DNA of 64,000 nucleotides from Octopus vulgaris (GCA_951406725.2 OX597815.1:111414001-111478000); one strand, 5' to 3'. Shown: positions 1 to 13,836, counted from the stretch's first letter. The notes: a model not told the origin generated them from the letters alone. Numbers and translations: made by a program.

Positions 1-168
1 CAAACCAAATTTTCATCATTTCGAACCAATCTCACAAAGAGTGTTTCTGCTGAATTTGGTAAAAATCTGTTCAGCCGTTTCCCATTAATTTTGCAAACAC
101 ACAGACAAACAAACAAACATGAGTGATTACAATACCCTGCTCTCGTTTACGCGTGTGCAGGACAATAA
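1..168 (+). mobile_element. 3' end of a DINE-1/HINE-like (Helentron-associated) non-autonomous element
   Basis: AAATTTTCATC..AAAAATCTGTTCAGCCGTTT, then a short ACAGACAAACAAAC microsatellite, then AATACCCTGC..GCAGGACAATAA imperfect terminal hairpin; this order is typical of HINE/DINE-1 ends. Confidence 0.4.
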
Positions 169-345
169 CTTATAGAAATCAAGAAATTGTAACGTTTCTT
201 TATGTCTACTGATTAATAAGATTAATATCAAACTAGTATTTATTAAAGAAAGGGTTATTGTTTTGTCTATCACGTATAGAACGTAGTCGTTGAGAAAGAT
301 GACAATCACCACCACAGTCTTCCATATGCCCAAGTCTTCCATATG

Positions 346-476
346 CATTATGCCCAAAATTGACAAAGGTCATATGATCATTATGTCCAAACTTGATAAA
401 CATCATATTATCATTATGCCCCAAATTAATAAGGTCATATGATCATTATGCCCAAAATTGATAAAGACCATATGAT
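346..476. repeat. Minisatellite, 4 copies of a 32-33 bp unit
   Basis: Unit CATTATGCCCAAAATTGAYAAAGGTCATATGAT repeated four times with substitutions; preceded by a short duplication of AGTCTTCCATATGC. Confidence 0.9.
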
Positions 477-667
477 TTGCACATGTAAATGCTTTCGATT
501 CCGTATTGAAGCGTTCCTTGATGCTAACCGTGGATTACGTGGATGTAATAAAAGTTTACAAGCTTATTTATAAAAATTTGTTTTCAAATGCAGCTTTACC
601 TTGATGAGCTACATGTCTCTTTCTAAATTCATGCAAATGATCGCAGAACACTGACGCCACATGTAAA

Positions 668-1312
668 CGCGTATGTGTATGATATTATTCTGTGTGGTGC
701 GTGCATATGTTTGGGTGTAATATTGTGAGTGTTTTGTTTGTATTGTTTGTGCAGTGTGCGTGTATACGTGTAGGTTTGTTTGTGCGAGTGTGTCTATGTG
801 CCTTGTATTAGTCAGAGTGGTGTGTGTTATTGTGTGTGTGTATGCATGTGTGTATGTGTGTATGTGTGTGTGTGTGTGTGTCTGTGAGTGATTGATGTCA
901 TTGTTAGGATTGTATTGCGTGTATATATGTGTGTTTTTTTCGTGCGTGTGTATGTTTGTGTCTGTGCCATATTTGTTGTGGCGAAGTCTGTGTGTGTAAG
1001 TGTGAGTGCAAATGTGTATGTTATTATTCTGTGTGGTGCATGCATGTTTGGGTGTATTATTGTGAGTGTTTTGTTTATATTGTTTCTGCAGTGTGTGTTT
1101 ATACGTGTGGGTGTGTTTGTGTGAGCGTGTCTATGTGTCGTGTATTTGTCAGGGTGGTGTGTGTTTTTGTGGATGGGCATGTTTGTGTGAGTGTGTCTTG
1201 TAATTGTCAGGGTGGCGTGTGTAGGTGTGTGCATGTACGTGTTTACATATGTGTGTGTGTCTGTGAGTGTTGGCTGTGATTGCTAGAATTGTATTGCATG
1301 TGGATGTATGTG
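668..1312. repeat. Degenerate TG-rich low-complexity tract with an internal ~150-bp duplication
   Basis: ~680-830 and ~1020-1170 align (TATTATTCTGTGTGGTGC..TTGGGTGT..ATTGTGAGTGTTTTGTTT..GTCAG.GTGGTGTGTG). Confidence 0.8.
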
Positions 1313-1496
1313 CACAAAACAAACCGCCTAAATTCCTAGTTTTCCCACGGTACCAATGACCAGACAGCAGCACTGACTAAACACGAACAAATAAGGAAAA
1401 TATACTCATTCAAAAATACAGACCACAACTCAACATACTTTAACATACCCCCCCCCCCCCAGGTACACATACATATATACACATGCAATCCGATTT

Positions 1497-1716
1497 CATC
1501 ATCATCGATTAACGTCTGTTTTCCATGTTGCCATGGGCTGGGCGGTTTGCCTGAGGTCTGGAGAGCCAGCGGCTGCACCAAGCTCCAATCTAAGCTCACA
1601 AATTTTCAACAGCTTGATGCCCTTCCTAACGCCAACCTCCCCGAGAGTATAGTAGGTGCTTTTTACGTGCCACGGGCACAGGAGCCAGTCAGGCGAGCCT
1701 GGCATCGATCACGAAT
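1497..1716 (-). mobile_element. Interspersed repeat with an RTE-LINE-type 3' tail
   Basis: GC-rich segment ending on the minus strand in CATGGAAAACAGACGTTAATCGATGATGATG, resembling RTE-type (GAT)n tails. Confidence 0.5.
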
Positions 1717-3589
1717 TTATGAGGAAAATATTATTTTTGTGACGTTAATATATGAGCGAAACTTCAACTGAAATCACTATCTTCAAATTTACATTTGAAT
1801 TTAAAAGGAATTTACTTTGAACCATGTAATTGTTATTAGTAAGATTTATTTAGCCTGTATATGTCCATAAGGAATTTAAGTAAATAATGTTTTTTTCTCA
1901 AACACGCAGATTTATAGATACCATTGCACTGCGAGGCTGCACCAAAAAACAAGAATTAATCATATAAAACATAAAAGACAATAGATTCCGGAGGGATTAA
2001 CTCTGAACATGGAATTTTGCTTTATTTATTGTCATTGTGCAAATAATTAGAACAAAATCGTAGAGAAAATGTAGAATAACTTGTTAAACCCAGACTACAA
2101 CCGTAACTAATCATAAGTTTTACTTTAAACATTGCTTCTCATACTTTTTTTTATCTTACTTCCCAAAATGATCATATTTGTAGGTTCATAACTTTACAGC
2201 ATGCAGTAATTATTCCTTTTATGGTGAAACTTTCTTCAAAAATATGGTGTCATTACATCAAATACATTTTTTTGCAGAAAATGCTTAAAATTCCAAGGCT
2301 TGTAACCCCAGTGTAATATAATTCAATTCCCTTTATTTGTAAATTCTTTTCTGTTTTTATTCTGCATCACTGAAGTTAACTATACTTTTTATAAAACTGC
2401 TTAGTTTCATATTTTCATTATTTTACGCTACACTATCATATTGCCTAAGAATGTTATTTAACTATATCGTTTCTCGATACCATATTTTTTTTTAAAAATA
2501 ATAATAAAAGTGCAACTTTTATTTCAGGAAATTAAAGAGTTATATATAATAGCATATTAATTATCTCCTTACTGATTTAAGCAGATCATGAATGGTCTAA
2601 TATCATGGACACTATTGAGGTATTCAATGTAATAAAACAGTTTTATACACTTTTGTTTATTATGTCAACTATTGAAAAGAAAACGAAAATAGAACGGCAT
2701 TTAAATGTATTGTATCATTTCCGAAAGAAGTGATTGTAATTTGGTTAATTGAGGATCCTATAACAATTCAATTCTGCTGAGAAATTAAGCATAAAATTCA
2801 TTAATGACTACGTTTCTACAAGACACTTGATATACGTCTATACCTTCTTATCTATATTCACTCATGCAAAATCTGCATTTAATGTAGGAGTTCAATAATA
2901 TTTAAAATCAAAGTAAGTGAATGAAATAAATATTGATCGGGGAGAAGAAACTGAGATAAGGGTTATCATGACATATTGTCACATCATTTCTCACTATAGT
3001 AGCTTTAGAAAGTTGCTTCAAACTAGTATTATATTCAAAGAATTGCATATTGAGGTTATCTGAATACTTAAGGACGTATACTTCGCAGGTTAAGAAATCA
3101 TTTATAACGAATAGTATATAACTAAGGCAAAGAGTTACTTACATACAGAATTGTGAGATATATATGTTTCGTATGCAAAATAAATTGGCATAAGATAGAT
3201 TTATGGTCGATTTATATAATCTAAAAATCACAATCGACTTTTCAATAATTTTAATCCAGGTATCGAACTGAACATTCTACGTGAGTTATTTCGTTGCTCG
3301 ATATAGGGTTATAAAATGACGAAAGCATTCATTTATTTTAAAGCCAAACTTTATATAACAATATTCTATTGAATTTTTATTATGAAATTATCAAACAATA
3401 ACGTTTTCAAAATGAAGCAGCTGATTAGATTTTCCCCCTATGCTTTCAATAATGAAATAATTATCTTATCAAAAATATGCGTTTGCTATTATTACATTTA
3501 AATGAAGAACTTTTTCCCTTTCGTTTCATCGAAATGGATTTTATTTAATATTGTTGGTTATATACAGACAAATAGTATAAATACGTACG

Positions 3590-3642
3590 CACACATAAAT
3601 ACATACATACACATAATACACATATATATATACACACACATA

Positions 3643-3684
<42 letters not shown>

Positions 3685-3686
3685 TA

Positions 3687-3726
<40 letters not shown>

Positions 3727-3800
3727 TATGTAAATGTATGTGTATATATATATCCAAGCATATTCATACGTATATACGCATGTATATATATATGTACATG
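3590..3800. repeat. (TA)n/(CA)n compound microsatellite
   Basis: Directly visible; source of the YIYI/IHTH ORFs. Confidence 0.95.
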
Positions 3801-5404
3801 GAATATCAGAATATATTTATTTTTTCATTATTAACTTCACTAATATTTTTTTGTATCAAATTATCGACTTTATCGTGATATAATTTTATTCTTTACTTCA
3901 CGGATGGCTGTTCTTGAAAAGCATCATAATACTTTCATTTATTTACTTGTTCATCTCTCAACAAAAATTATTAAAGTGTGTAAACAATGCACAGAAACTC
4001 ATTTTCGATTATAAATATATATTAGATAAAAGCAAGTACGTCTATGCGTGATGGTAACTCAAACAGTTGATGAGGCTTAAGTGAAACAAAGAGCTATCGT
4101 GTGTTTCGTCCTTTTTCCGTACATGATTTGATATTTTGTTTAAATATTTCATTAAATGTTCGGAGTGAAATTCATTTCCAATTATTTCACCGTGAATTAT
4201 AAACACATTCACAAACGCAGGCATGTATATACACGAACAGTTATTCATATATACCAACACAGAAATGCCCCCACATTTTCCCCACAAAATTATTGATAGT
4301 GAAATTGGCCTACTGATAGATCATTAATACAAATTGCACCGTACCGATGCTTGTGATAGACACCAAAGTTGCATAGGTTTAGAAAACTATATGAAAAAAA
4401 AGTATGGAGATATGGCTGTGGATGTCACACAATTTTCTACGCCGCATCTGTCTTTTCACAAATACCTCAGTGTGTTTCATATATGTGAGTCATTTCTCAA
4501 GAAAGGAGAATTAATTGTTAGTTGAATGAATTATCTGGAGATCGTGTAAATGTAATCCAGATTTTATGAAATCAAATGAAATACATACACCTTTAACATC
4601 CAATTTAAGCATATGTATAACCCCATAAAAACTGAATTGAGCCTTTCTTGCTGCATTCCTTCGTATTTGTTAACCATTTTGTCTATTGTGCATTTTGATT
4701 AAGCAATATAAATATGCAGTTGTTTTCTGTATGCCACAACAGTTCATAATCCTAAATCCTAAATTTGGTACTGGAAACATATTTTAAATATTAGCGTTGG
4801 GTGAGGCTTCACATTATCGTTCTTTAACACGGAATAGAACAACATAATATGAGTAATATTAAAGTTTTTGCACTACCGTCCAAACGTTTGGGTGTACTTA
4901 AATGTTTTAACGTTCGCAGTCATTATGGAACATCAAACATTACAAATATATCAATATAATACTAATTGTAAATAATACAAACAAACACACATATAAAGAC
5001 ATATTCACTTATTTGCACTAATTAAGTCTTTTCAGAGACTATAGCACTTTTAGGTTACAGAAACTCTATTAGATCAATGGAATAGAAATCGTGTGTTGGC
5101 GTTTAAAAATAATACTAAATGTTGTGTCACAAAGTTTAGCTTTGATCAGTTTCATTTCCATATGAATATATTTCTGAAGAAATTGATAAAATCACATGCT
5201 GAATATTTTTATTTTAAATTATAATAATTCTCTTTTATCAGAAATTGAATTAACACTTGAAAAATGACAAAAATCATAACTCTTTCAGAGGAGGTATATT
5301 AAATAAGAAAAACTAGATTGAATGTTTCTGTTCATGATATGTCTTTTGATTACCAGAATTCACTATAAAATATCAATACCATTACACTAAACCCACAGAT
5401 CTTG

Positions 5405-6170
5405 AATACAGAGGTTTAACAGCTTCGCAAGTTACAACGACACTTAATGAAGCAACGGGATCATCTGTGTCTGCCACAATAGTGAAATGAAGGCTTTCTG
5501 ATGCAGAATTAGAAGGTCGATGTGCCGCTACAAGCCCTTATTAAGAAATGTAAAGAAAAATAATGTTTTACCTTGGGAAAATACAGAAATTACATCATAG
5601 TAGATAAGAAAAAGTTGCTTTGAACGGATGAATCAAAATTTGAAATATCTGGCCCACAAAAAAAAAACAGTGTACGGAAATGATCTTTAGAAAGAAAGAA
5701 ATAATAGCCCCTTAGTGTGTTGTTACAACTATTAAGCATGGAGGAGGTTCGGTAATAGCGCGGGGCGATAAGATTTTGCTCGTGATAAGACGTGTAATTG
5801 ACGGTATCATGAACCCAACATGATACCATTCCATTTTACAGAGACGTACACTGTCCAAGCGGATTACGCATGATCGGAGAAATAAGTACTACGTGTATCA
5901 TGTAAAGAATAAAAAAGAAAATAATATACCTGAAATAACGAATTGCTCCCCTACCTCGGTACCCCGACCTCAATCCTCTTATAATGACATGAATTCGACA
6001 GAACAGTGAAATCAATGCTGCCTGGAAATTCTAACAATATGAGGCTTCTCTTAAAAGGAGCACGGAATGAATTAATCCCGTCAATATTTAACGTCACTGA
6101 TCAATAACTTACCGAGAATAAGCGATGCCGTTATTGTAAAAACAAGTGGTGATTTTGAAGAGGCATACAT
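5405..6170 (+). pseudogene. Tc1 transposase remnant
   Basis: Frameshifted motifs RLTASQV..SVSATIVK*RL, KPLL, TDESKFEI, TIKHGGGSVI, IDGIMN, PDLNPL. Confidence 0.8.
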
Positions 6171-6254
6171 GTAATTATGATATAGATTTTGTATGAATTA
6201 TATAGTTAGAAATAGTTTTTTGATGAAAGAACAATATATATTTTTTTCTATTCA

Positions 6255-6410
6255 AGGTACAAAGCCTGAAAGTTTTCGGGAGGGGGCCAGTCGATTAAAA
6301 CGACCCCAGTATGTAACTGGCAATTAATTTATCAACCCCCCGAAAGGATGAAAGATAAAGTCAACCACGGCGGAATTTGAACTTAGAACGCAAACAGACG
6401 TAAAGACGGC
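6255..6410 (-). mobile_element. tRNA-derived SINE (Meta-domain type) nested in the Tc1
   Basis: Reverse complement of the GTTCAAATTCCGCCG..TTTCATCCTTTCGGGG..TCGA core seen in full at 55630. Confidence 0.8.
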
Positions 6411-6949
6411 ATTATATATCAATTTAGTTATGTGTCGTCACATTATAATTTTAATTATGTTTCTTTCTATAATTACATGGTGTATCAACATTTTTGGACG
6501 GCAGTATAGGTAGGAAAGTTTATAGATTTTCATCTTTGTTCGAGCTAGTGTACGAAGTATGTCTCAGTTCTTCACGACTTCTCATTTCTTAGAAGTGAGG
6601 AGTCGAATATTTAACAGGTACTAACAATAATACCAGTCTTTGCTGGCAGATACATACCCCCAAATATTAACTGTGCTTCCCTTTAGTTTAATACCGACCG
6701 GCGCTTCTCAAAACTTTGTTCTGGACAGCTTCGTGTGAGTGTATTTGCTAGAGAACTGCTGTCCGACACTATTGAAAGTCGATATATGAAAGGCATTTCT
6801 ATAATTAAATGTTCATTTTGTTGATTTTACCTTAGGTAAACAAAAGAAACATTTCGAAATATTATCTGTAATGAATTTGCGATAAATTAAATATTGGGAA
6901 CTCAAAACGTGCATAACTTTCAGGTTATAAGTATTAATTTACAGTTGTT

Positions 6950-7170
6950 TACTCTTTTATATGACCTCGTGTGTACCGTTGGCGATTTTTTTCCTCTGTC
7001 TTCCCTTCTCTGGATATTTCCTTCTCCTATGTTTCCGACGAATATCTCCGCTCGAAACGTTAAACCCTCATTCTTTCCTTCTTTCCTGAGCGTCCAATAA
7101 TACTATATTTGTTCCACGTCCTCGCGTTGTTGTGTTTTTTGGTGTTTTCTTGTTTGGATTAACTTTATAT
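6950..7170 (+). mobile_element. PLE-type 3' tail with a hammerhead-like motif
   Basis: CCGACGA-atatctccgctc-GAAA-CGTT..GAGCGTC, then a T-rich tail ending in (TA)n; related to 30838-31010. Confidence 0.6.
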
Positions 7171-7186
7171 ATGTATATATATATAC

Positions 7187-7340
7187 ACGACGAGCTTCTT
7201 TCAGTTTCCATCTACCAAATACACTCACAAGGGTTTGGTGAACAGGAGCTATATTACAAGACGCTTGCGAAGGTGTCACGCAGCGGGACTGAATCATGAG
7301 GTTGGTAAGCAAACTTCTTACCACGTAGACACGCCTGCGC
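7187..7340 (-). mobile_element. tRNA-derived CORE-type SINE (5' part)
   Basis: Minus strand GCGCAGGCGTG..GTGGTAAG head, GTGACACCTTCGCAAG (decayed CACCTTGGGCAAG CORE motif), ends GGAAACTGAAAGAAGCTCGTCGT(AT)n. Confidence 0.7.
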
Positions 7341-8344
7341 ATATAACATTTCCACAAAATGGTTTAATTATTATAGATTCCAGAAATATTGTCCCAAAGT
7401 CTCTGAGCTCAAATTCATCCTTCGCAACATACTAATACAAGTTAGATGAGTTCAATATTAGTCGTGCACGGAAGTCAAATCTACAGAATACAGTCCTTTC
7501 CTGAGATAATCTGATATGCCGCGAAATGTGCCTTAACTTATAATATTATCCAGCATTTTCTATACTAAAATATTTTCAATATATATATAGCTCTGTGAAG
7601 TCTATTGATGTGAAATATGAATGAGTGCAAAAGAAAAAGAAAACAAAACATAAATAATGGACAATTAATTGTGATTTGAAATCGGGTGATAATTTTCTTT
7701 TGGGGAACATTCTTTATGGTAGTGTGAAACTAATTTACTTTTCTATCCTAATTATATTCATTTACAGGTGGAATTTAATTTATTCCCAATGCTCGACTTG
7801 CATATTTATATTTCACTTGCATATTTATATATATTTGTTGCGATATGTATATGCAGATATATGTGTGTGTTTATACGTTGGTATACACACACATACACAC
7901 ACACTCACACACACACACACACTCACACACACACACACATGTATATATAAATATACTCAATAAATTTCTTTTACACCTAAGAATAGTTATTATTACAATA
8001 ATTAATTATTAGAATTGTAATCATTTCACAGAATATTGTTATTACTGAAATTTCTCTCAAATAATTTTGACAGTTAGCGACAACAGTGTAAAGAATTTGA
8101 AGTTTCTATAACAGAAAGTGATATTAATAAGCATGTAGCTATGAAAATTATAATAAATACCTGATGAATTCGTCTTCGTGTTATATAAAATAAAATGAAA
8201 TATAGTGGCAGGAGTGAACTCTAAAAGTAATAAATTACATTCTTATATGTAAGAAGATACAAATAAATTAATTGAGATGTCGACATTTATACATTAAGCT
8301 TTTTTTTTACATTTCAAATATGCTATCATGCAGAAATCTTTTTC

Positions 8345-8640
8345 TCGAGGGTGAGAAATAAGTACCAGTCAAGTTATGAGATCGTCGGTATTAAATAAAC
8401 CTTCCCCTCAAATTTGTAGGCCTTACGCTGATATGGAAAACCAAGTAGTGCATCGGCAGTGTCGTTAAGGCGTCGAAAAATTTATTCGCAGAATACTTTC
8501 GGTCTTATATTTCTGTCTGCAATAGCATATTCTCACTTTCATCTCTCTTGGATCGATCAAATAAAGTATCAGTTAACTACCTGGGTCGATGGTATCGACT
8601 AACCGTTTCTTCAGAAATTATTGACTATACACCTAAATTA
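8345..8640 (+). mobile_element. Two decayed Meta-domain SINE fragments
   Basis: AAATAAGTACCAGTC and TTTCATC..GATCGATCAAATAAAGTATCAG..GGGTCGATGGTATCGACT match the 55630 family. Confidence 0.55.
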
Positions 8641-9494
8641 AAATCACTTTTTAAATTTCATTAACCAAATTTGACCGGCATCGATCTTGGCTTTCATCAT
8701 AATATTTATAAACGTAAAAAAAAAAAAAGAAACTATTTGGCCGACTACATTCTTCTACTGACTATCCAAGTCATGTCTGAAAGTTCTTGACTGCGGAGAA
8801 CAACCATAGATGTGATTGTATGGGTGTACTGGTGTGTGAATGTGTGTGCGTTTGGAAACGCGAATGCATACATCGAGTGCCATAGATTTTGTCTATAGTT
8901 TTATATATCGGAAATATGAAATGTATGAATACTTTAGAGTCTGTGTTGCTAAATTCTACAAACTATTTACGTGACGTATTGATATCGATGGATATTTACA
9001 CGCTTTCAATAATTACTATTTAATTAATAATTCTAGTAGAGAGCAAGCTGCCAATATGACAGCTGATCGCTAGACTAGATTATTTACCTAGTAATGACTG
9101 TTTCCTCAAATTCTCACTAGGTCAGTAATTACAGTAACTCTCCCTTCCCAACGCTCCCGACATTCCTCCATCAGTTACGCCAATGAGTATATAAGCGTGT
9201 GTGCATATGTGTATCAATATATACATATATGCATACATAATACATACATACCAATACACACACACACACACACACACTCATATACATATATATGTGGATA
9301 TTTTGAATAATTCTTCAAGTAAATTGTGCTTAAAACTTTTTCATCGCTAATGGCAGAAAAATTGTATCCTTACAAATTACCACATAATTAATCATGTAAC
9401 TCAACTGAATTGAAATCCGGTGATTGTGGATGGAATCCAATAGGGCTACTTTAATCTGGGTTCTCCGTACAATTTTTTATAATATTAATAATAA

Positions 9495-9685
9495 TGATAA
9501 TCCTTTCTACTTTAGGAACAATACCTGAAAGTTTTGGGTAGGCGGTTAGTCAATTTCCTCGACGTCAGTGATTGATTGGTAGTAATTTGATCGATCTTGA
9601 ACGTATAAGATACAAAGTCGACCTCGGCGGAATTTGAACAGAACGTCAGGACGAACCACGCTAACGTTTCTTCCAGCTCGGTTTC
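9495..9685 (-). mobile_element. Meta-domain SINE
   Basis: Plus strand AAAGTCGACCTCGGCGGAATTTGAAC; minus-strand 3' end GTAGAAAGGATTATCATT. Confidence 0.75.
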
Positions 9686-9698
9686 TACTTATCCTCCA

Positions 9699-9795
9699 TC
9701 TTCTTCTTCTTCTTCTTCTTCTTCTTCTTCTTCTTCTTCTTCTTCTTCTTCTTCTTCTTCTTCTTCTTCTTCTTCTTCTTCTTCTTCTTCTTCTC

Positions 9796-9870
<75 letters not shown>
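9699..9870. repeat. (CTT)n(ATT)n compound microsatellite
   Basis: Directly visible; the (ATT)n part is the (TAA)n tail of the adjacent minus-strand LINE. Confidence 0.95.
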
Positions 9871-9872
<2 letters not shown>

Positions 9873-10340
9873 TTTCTCTTTATAACAGGTTTTCTTGAAG
9901 CACCATGCTATTCCTTGCTTTCAGTTATCTAATAATTCCCTGATTATTGTGGCCGTGCCAAGAAGACAAGCCTTTTGTAGGAGTTTTATTTGGCACATTA
10001 TTCCAATTTTATTTATATTCTTCTTGATGCCTTCTGATACTGTTCTCAAGGACCCAACAATAATTGGCACTATCTTCACCTTCCTCACTTTCCATAGCCG
10101 GGTTATTTCGTAGTTAAGAGGGTTGTATCTGTCTATCTTTTCGATAACCTTCTTGATCATTTGTGGGTCAAAGAAGCATGCAAAGTCAGCTATATGGAAT
10201 TTGTTGTGCACCTTCTCCGACACCACTAGGTCCGTTCTGTTATGCTCTAGCACGTAATTTGTTTGGACTGGTAGATCCCAGATGATTTTGGTGGTCTCCG
10301 ACTCTGTCACTGGAATGTATGAACCTATTTCGTATTGCAT
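9871..10340 (-). mobile_element. RLE-type (R4/Dong-like) LINE 3' fragment: restriction-like endonuclease and short 3'UTR
   Basis: ORF 9921-10340: IIWDLPVQT..HNRTDLVV..EKIDRY..LW..VPIIVGSL..LQKACLLGTATIIR; ends in (TAA)n. Confidence 0.9.
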
Positions 10341-12091
10341 CTAATGTTGAGCAATTGCTTGGAAAATGTATGGCGAAGTGGAGGATGGAACTGACAGCAT
10401 ATGGAAGAAGTTTAGGGACAATAGAAACAGAGGCATCTTCCAAGAGGACTGCCTGTCCTCCCTGACCTTTATATTGTGCATGATACAACTAACACTGATC
10501 CTGAGTAAAGCAAATGCTGGGCATATATTCAAGAGGCGCCAACGAAATGTCAACCATTTGTTATTCATGGATGACTTCAAACTTTATGGTCAAGATGAAT
10601 CACAAGTCAGTAACCTCGTTGATACGGTGTGTACTTTCAGTGCTGATAGCAGAATGGAGCTCGAACTGAAAAGGTATGGTGTTAGATTTGAAGATAGGCT
10701 AAATCAAATGTATGGACAGACTTTCGATATCATCGTGGGAGGTTATGAAGCAGATAGTGGAGACTGGCTATAAGTACTTGGGAATATTGGAAATGGATAA
10801 ATTGATGGAGAAAGAAGTGACAAAAAAATTTGAGATAGAGTACTTGCGCTTGATCCTTAAGCTAAAATTAAAGGGACGGAATATAATTGAAGCTATCAAC
10901 ACTGAGCGGTTTCATTCCCTAGATATTGGGCAGGGGTAATCGCATGGACAGTAGACGAACTAAACAGCTTAGACAGAAAGACAAGGAAGTTTCTGAATAG
11001 ATGTGGGATACTCCTCCCAAAAAGTGACACAGACAGACTGTATTCACACAAAAAAAAAGTGGAAGAAGGTGACTGACGGATGCGAACATAGCATCAAAGC
11101 AGAGGAGAACAACATCGCATGGTATGTAAAAAATGCCACAGACCCGCTATTATTGGAGGTAAGAAGGGTAGGCTTGTGTATGGTGGCAGATTGCAAAGAA
11201 TTGAGAATGGGTGAAGCTGAAAATAGGTGGATAATGAAAAGAATACAAGGACAATTTCATAGGGATGTTGATCATAAGACAGACAGAGAAAAAGATGGCT
11301 ATAGATGACTAAAAGAGATTTTAAACCGGAAACGGTGGGAGGCTCTAATCTGAGCTGGCCAATACCAAGCATTAATACCCAGTTACATTAAATACAGTAT
11401 ACACAACACACCAGAAAGTGATAAGTGCAGAATTTGTGGACAACATGGTGACACCGTATAGCATATTACCAGTCAATGTATGACACTAGCCCAGAAAGAA
11501 TATAAGAGACTTCATGACAATATAACAGTGATTGACCATTGGACAATGTGCAACAAGTATGGTCTTGACAGGGCAAAAATTGGTCCGAACATAAACACGA
11601 AGGCCTTTTCCAAAATGACAATGCAAAGATCCTATGGGATTTTGATTCAGTGCGACCATGTGATAGAGAATAAGAAACCAGACATAGTGTTAATTGAGAA
11701 AGAAAGCAAATGATGCTGGTTCATTAATATAGCATGCCCAGCTGACGACAAGATATGCGATAAAGAAGAAAGAAAAGTCGATAGATATGACATGTTAGCT
11801 AGGGAGTTTAAGCAGTTGTGGTCGATGAAAAAGTTGGCAGTAATACTACTAATTGTCGGAGCCCTGGGTACAGTGAGTAAAAATCTTGCGAGGTACATAG
11901 AACAAATAGGGGCTGCAATAAGGGCGGAGTACTTGCAGAAAACAACACTGATTGTAACCGCTCAAATACTCGGGATGGTGCTCAAAAAATATGGAGTGTT
12001 ACATTAGTTCACTGGTATTCAACAGCTGGCACTGTCGTACATTTCCAGCGTTAGAAGCTGTGCAAAGGCTATATCAAAAATAACAACAACA
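10341..12091 (+). mobile_element. RLE-type LINE, 5'-truncated and decayed (RT C-terminal part, CCHC, RLE)
   Basis: RGIFQEDCLS, NHLLFMDDFKLY, YKYLGILE, CRICGQHGDTV*HITSQC, KPDIVLIEK, IVGALGTV; many stops and frameshifts; (TAA)n tail. Confidence 0.9.
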
Positions 12092-12113
12092 AATAATAAT
12101 AATAATAATAATG

Positions 12114-12209
<96 letters not shown>
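12092..12209. repeat. (TAA)n microsatellite (LINE tail and insertion target)
   Basis: Directly visible between two LINE fragments. Confidence 0.95.
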
Positions 12210-12212
<3 letters not shown>

Positions 12213-13836
12213 TCTAACGTTAACCTTGACCAACAGAATGTCATAAAAGAACTAGACCCAGCGGAGAGCTACAAGTACCTAGGGGTAATTGAAGGGAACG
12301 GAATAAGGCATTCAGAGATGAAGGAAAGGATCAGGAGAGAATGCTATCGAAGAGTGAGAGCAATACTCAAGACAGAGCTGAATGCAAGAAACAGGATCGA
12401 AGCAATCAATGCATTAGCTATACCAGTCGTGACTTACAGTTTCAATATTGTTAACTGGTCAATTACTGAAATATGTCAGCTCGACAGAAAAATAAGGAAA
12501 CTGTTGACAATGCATAGAATGCACCACCCTAAGGCAGATACAGAACGACTATATCTGCCAAGAAAGAGAGGAGGCCGTGGTCTTTTGCAACTAGCAATAA
12601 CAATGAAGATTGCTACAATTGGCCTAGACACCTACCTGAAAAACTCTGAGGACTGGATGCTAAAACTTGTCTCAAAACATGAAAACAAGAAAGCATCATA
12701 CTCAGTCACAAAACAGGCAAAGGAATATCTAAGTGAACTCCGAATACAACCAATTTCGGAATTAGAGATAGATGTACAAGAAACAAGCACAGAAAAAGCT
12801 AGGCGCATGAAAACCCGTGCCAAAACTGCGGCCTTAGATATTCTGAATAATAAATGGCAAGAAAAACCTCTCTATGGCAAATACCCAAAGAGAGCGAATA
12901 ATGCAGATATCGACAAAGCCCTGACACATCAATGGCTAATGGCCTCTGGCTTAAAATCTGAAACAGAGGGGTTTATCATAGCAGCTCAAGATCAATGCCT
13001 ACCAACAAGAAACTACCAGGCCAACATATTAAAGATCAGAAGCAGTCCAACGTGTCGTGTATGCAAGCAACAAAATGAAACCATTGACCATGTGGTCTCC
13101 AAGTGCAGTCTTCTAGCGCCTACAGAGTATCTCAACAGGCACGATAGAGCTGCACAATATATTCACTGGGTAATCTGTAAAAACCTGGATTTGCCCCATG
13201 AAAAAAAACTGGTGGGAACACAAACCACCCCCAGTGCTTGAAAATGACCACATCTCACTCCTCTGGAACTTCACCATTCAAACTGACAGGAAGATAGATG
13301 CAAATAGGCCAGACATCATATTGAAAAACTTCAAACAAAGAACATGCCTCCTCATTGATATGACTGTCCCAATCGATATAAACGTATCTGTCAAGACCTA
13401 CCAAAAACTGAGCAAATATAAAGATCTTGAAATAGAAATCAGCAAAATGTGGAAGCTGAAGACTAAAACAATACCTGTTGTCATAGGTGCCCTGGGAATG
13501 ATAGCAAAAGGGGCTGATAGCTACCTAACTCAGATACCAGGAAACCCAAAAATGGCAGAAGTTCAAAAGATAGTGCTCATGGGAACTGCTCATATCCTAC
13601 GCAAAATACTCTCTATGTAATCTCAAGGTTTAAAACAAACATAATTTTCGGTTTAAAAAAAAAAAAAAAAAAAAAAATTTTTTTTTTAGACATTCATTAG
13701 TACAACATCGCCACCCCCCAAATATATGGCACACTAGGCATAACAACAACATGAACTTCCAACCCTGTTGTCTCTTGAGGTCTCTGGGTGAGACTTGGAG
13801 CCAACTTGTACAAATATAAAGCAAAAGTCAAACATA

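Larger units (their letters stand above)
4871..6506 (+). mobile_element. Decayed Tc1-family DNA transposon
   Basis: TIRs CACTACCGTCCAAA (4871) and TTTGGACGGCAGTA (ends 6506) followed by TA; transposase remnants inside. Confidence 0.8.

Noticed and set aside
346-476. CRISPR-like 33-bp repeats
   Set aside because: Units are contiguous with no spacers, the context is eukaryotic and no cas genes are present
827-1279. His/Thr- and Cys/Val-rich ORFs, and similar poly-I/L/S/YI ORFs across the window
   Set aside because: They are translations of di- and trinucleotide microsatellites
6686-6733. 48-nt plus-strand exon candidate (TTCCCTTTAG..GTGAGT)
   Set aside because: Isolated, with no recognisable peptide; such signal pairs arise by chance
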